Under the pieces are notes generated by a model. The model was not told where the DNA came from, made no database searches, and was given only the letters and a program-made list of their open reading frames with translations. A DNA stretch of 24,000 nucleotides, from positions 135,562-159,561 of the forward strand of contig NZ_WTWX01000009.1 of NCBI RefSeq assembly GCF_009870785.1, written 5' to 3'. Source of the stretch: Paenibacillus sp. An7 (GTDB lineage Bacteria > Bacillota > Bacilli > Paenibacillales > Paenibacillaceae). The position numbers were made by a program, and so were the translations under genes. Below, piece after piece: positions 23,752-24,000 of the stretch; position 1 is the first letter of the stretch; the number at the start of each line of letters is the position of its first letter.

Positions 23752-24000
23752 AACGGATGATGGCGATTTTCTATAAAGAACTTCAGTCCTATTTTCTTGT
23801 TCCAACTACGTACTTTGCTTTTGCGGTGTATGTATTGTTGTCGAGCTTTTTGTTCTTTATGAGCTTTGTCTACTATCAGCCTAGTATTGTGGACTACCGG
23901 CTAGTGCTCGGAGATACCGTATCTCTATTGATCTATATTGTACCTCTGCTGACCATGCGTCTTATCGCGGAAGAATTTAAGCAGGGAACCGACGAACTAT
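23748..24000 (+). CDS. ABC-2 type transporter permease (5' part; continues beyond the window)
   Basis: My own translation from ATG 23748 reads MKRMMAIFYKELQSYFLVPTTYFAFAVYVLLSSFLFFMSFVYYQ...LIAEEFKQGTDEL. The FYKEL and EE-x-GT(D/L)EL motifs and the hydrophobic span are typical of ABC-2/GldF-like permeases. The frame is open to the window end. Confidence 0.75.
   Translation, partial: MKRMMAIFYKELQSYFLVPTTYFAFAVYVLLSSFLFFMSFVYYQPSIVDYRLVLGDTVSLLIYIVPLLTMRLIAEEFKQGTDEL

Noticed and set aside
1-24000. Looked for CRISPR repeats, IS/transposase or integrase genes, tRNA/rRNA, toxin-antitoxin pairs and known defence-system genes
   Set aside because: None was seen. All long ORFs are accounted for by metabolic, glycosylation, transport or protease functions, and every intergenic gap is 361 nt or shorter.

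Overview
Densely coding chromosomal DNA, probably from an endospore-forming Firmicute (Bacillales/Paenibacillaceae-like; the taxon is inference from protein families and Shine-Dalgarno usage). I saw no rRNA, tRNA, CRISPR array, IS element or prophage gene. There are four blocks. (1) 1-9657 (+): ten tightly packed, partly overlapping genes. They encode a CgeB-family protein, three GT4-type and two GT2 glycosyltransferases, a Cap5G/FnlC-type 2-epimerase, a PseB/CapE-type 4,6-dehydratase, an RmlD-like reductase, an extra SDR and a SAM methyltransferase. No membrane, flippase, polymerase or priming-transferase gene is present, which suggests cytoplasmic or mother-cell glycosylation (spore surface or flagellin type). 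One GT4 carries a 65-aa Lys/Arg-rich tail. (2) 9744-17601: a LysR-associated quinate/shikimate module. An MFS gene and the LysR gene lie on the minus strand. A + operon then encodes a FadH/2-enoate-reductase-type Fe-S flavoprotein, YdiB-type quinate/shikimate dehydrogenase, a paralogous MFS permease and type I dehydroquinase (AroD). A perfect Rex/Fnr-type palindrome sits upstream of the operon, and a 16/17-nt motif is shared by the two promoter regions. I propose a reductive, NADH-sink route for quinate/shikimate; this is the most interesting hypothesis in the window. (3) 17776-19971: a secreted multidomain serine protease (copper-amine-oxidase-like stalk, trypsin-like domain, beta-propeller-like C-terminus). 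(4) 20073-22586 (-): two more GT4 glycosyltransferases. From 22789 an ABC-2 type transporter runs off the window. All family calls rest on motifs read by eye; no searches were run.
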